DNA of 64,000 nucleotides. Origin: an uncultured delta proteobacterium (lineage in GTDB: Bacteria > Desulfobacterota > Desulfobacteria > Desulfobacterales > JAFDCJ01). The first letter of the stretch is position 1. Each line of letters starts with the position of its first letter. Of this stretch, positions 62,407-64,000 are shown piece by piece. Location: NCBI GenBank assembly GCA_963769935.1, contig CAVYNY010000010.1, positions 416,001-480,000 on the forward strand. Direction: 5' to 3'. Below the pieces are notes generated by a model. It was not told where the DNA came from. It worked only from the letters and a program-made list of their open reading frames with translations, and made no database searches. The translations under genes and the position numbers were made by a program.

Positions 62407-62545
62407 TTTCTGGTAATCACACCTTCATAAAACCAAACCGGTTATATAGAAAAATAGAACGGACGTCCCCATCTTTCCCATGATATTGGCCTTGGGCAAG
62501 TATGCTTTTGAGCTCGGCTAAGAGGCTTTGGTAATCCTTGTCTAT

Positions 62546-62737
62546 TTAATATGCGCCTGAAAAAATTGTCGCTCCTAAAGTCAAAGCGAGCATAGAGGCC
62601 AGTAACATGGACTTTAAAGTCAAATTAGTGTGCCTGATAGCGCCACTGACTAGAGTAATCAGCAAAGTAGTAGCAATCAATGTTGCTGGGGCCATAATCC
62701 ATGGAACTTCTTCAATTAGAAGTAAAATAGTACTCAT
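62546..62737 (-). CDS. 63-aa two-TM small membrane protein (paralog of 25789..25980)
   Basis: EVPWIMAPA motif, identical length, GGAGAG upstream. Confidence 0.7.
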   Translation of the reverse strand: MSTILLLIEEVPWIMAPATLIATTLLITLVSGAIRHTNLTLKSMLLASMLALTLGATIFSGAY

Positions 62738-63601
62738 TATGACAATCTCTCCGGAGTGCGCCGTATCAAGCTTATTTTAGGTATAACGTCTCTGGAACTC
62801 TTCCTCGGAAGATCTGCTGTAATCAGCCATAGCAGCAAGTATGCCAATCTTTTGCAGTGGAGTAAATTGTTTCATAACAAGGACTTAGAGGTTAGGAGCA
62901 GATTTTGCCATAACCAATATTGTGAAATGACCTTCTTAAAAATGTGGAAACCAGTTCACATAATTGCCCGGGGCCGCTTGATAATGTTACCTACCCCAAT
63001 GATCATGCCCAAACTTCAATAAGGATCGCTGTTGACACTTAATTCCCCGATACGATAAGGTCAATGTATTCAAATTGCATCTGCAATTATTCAATCAAAA
63101 CTGATAGTTGGGGATCTGGCAATTTAACTGACATCGGCAATCCGATAAAATAGGGCCAAATTTAGAGCATATCTGTAATATTGCCTTGGTAAAGAGAATC
63201 TCAATTAATCTGTCATTTGGCCTTCCACTGTAAGCAACGCACTCAGAGTAACTAAATGGCCTCCCCAATAATTCCATGGTGGAATTAGTTCGCAGCGAAA
63301 TAACACGCAAAATTGGTACAAATATCCGCATTCTAAATTCTGTTAAAATATAGGGCATTTTAGGGTACCATCCCGATTTATGTTGAATAATCAAACGGGT
63401 ATGGTAATAGGTTTGGGAAGATAGTCGCCAAGCAGAAATGGTAGCTATCCATATGGACACATCGATTTCTGTGAAAAACCTGCTTTTTCCTCGCAGCGAA
63501 TGAATAACTAAGTTAGGTGCCCGCTAAACACCCAGTTAGTGGCTATTCAATGAGAAGTCAGATGTAGTTATATTAAACATTAAAAAAGGAAGGACCATAT
63601 T

Positions 63602-64000
63602 ATGGTTTCAGGTATTCAAAAAGAAAAAGCCGAACTGTTCTTGAAATTTCATCATGACAAAGAAATTCTGGTTCTGTTAAACTCGTGGGACGTCGGGAGT
63701 TCTAAATTAATAGAAGCATGTGGCTATAAAGCAATCGCAACAACAAGTATGGGAATAGCTGCATCTTTAGGTTATCCTGACTGCCAGGTAATACAATTGT
63801 CAGAAATGATTGAAACTATTACGGGAATCGTAAATGGAGTGCAAGTTCCGGTAACTGTGGATATAGAAGCCGGATATGGAAATAATTTAAATGAAATAAT
63901 TGATTCGGTTAAAAAGATTATTGCAACAGGAATTGTTGGAATAAACATTGAAGACAGTATCGACTTAAATCCAATATTAATTGACGAGATGGAATTTTGT
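63602..64000 (+). CDS. Isocitrate lyase/PEP mutase family protein (partial, runs off the window)
   Basis: Manual translation: NSWDVGSSKLIE..GYKAIATTSMGIAASLGYPD, VTVDIEAGYG, GINIEDS; AAGGAAGGA RBS. Confidence 0.9.
   Translation, partial: MVSGIQKEKAELFLKFHHDKEILVLLNSWDVGSSKLIEACGYKAIATTSMGIAASLGYPDCQVIQLSEMIETITGIVNGVQVPVTVDIEAGYGNNLNEIIDSVKKIIATGIVGINIEDSIDLNPILIDEMEFC

Overview
The window looks like a Deltaproteobacterial (Desulfobacterota/Desulfobacterales-like) chromosome or MAG segment, judged from gene content and intergenic repeat style. 0-33.5 kb is mostly core or metabolic: HNH, a triple zinc-ribbon membrane protein, MFS, acyl-CoA dehydrogenase, cysteine synthase, a BMP-type ABC importer, radical SAM-rng-rpmH-rnpA-yidD-yidC-jag-mnmE (no dnaA next to rpmH) with a perfect parS site, degQ and asnS. 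It also holds a B12 acyl-CoA mutase (large and small subunits) with an HCL-like CoA ligase, divergent from an Lrp regulator and an unknown 421-aa protein. 33.5-46.5 kb is an AT-richer accessory region with PilZ/c-di-GMP proteins, sigma54/IHF-type promoters, unannotated paralogous micro-proteins, gene remnants and duplicated pilins. 46.5-64 kb holds a YbhGFSR-like exporter, a DUF2760/Hsp70/Hsp70 operon, a GC-rich two-gene island (Zn-phospholipase-C-like protein plus partner) next to a probable RAYT remnant, and a partial PEP-mutase/ICL-family gene. Clustered 1-nt frameshifts (26.5-31.2 kb, 46.9-51.1 kb) are probably assembly errors. The best candidates for novelty are the acyl-CoA mutase cluster with a non-canonical active-site signature, the GC-rich island, two families of tiny membrane proteins and a recurrent TG-for-GG sigma54-like promoter variant. 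No rRNA, tRNA or CRISPR array was seen. All family calls are by eye from motifs; no database search was run.
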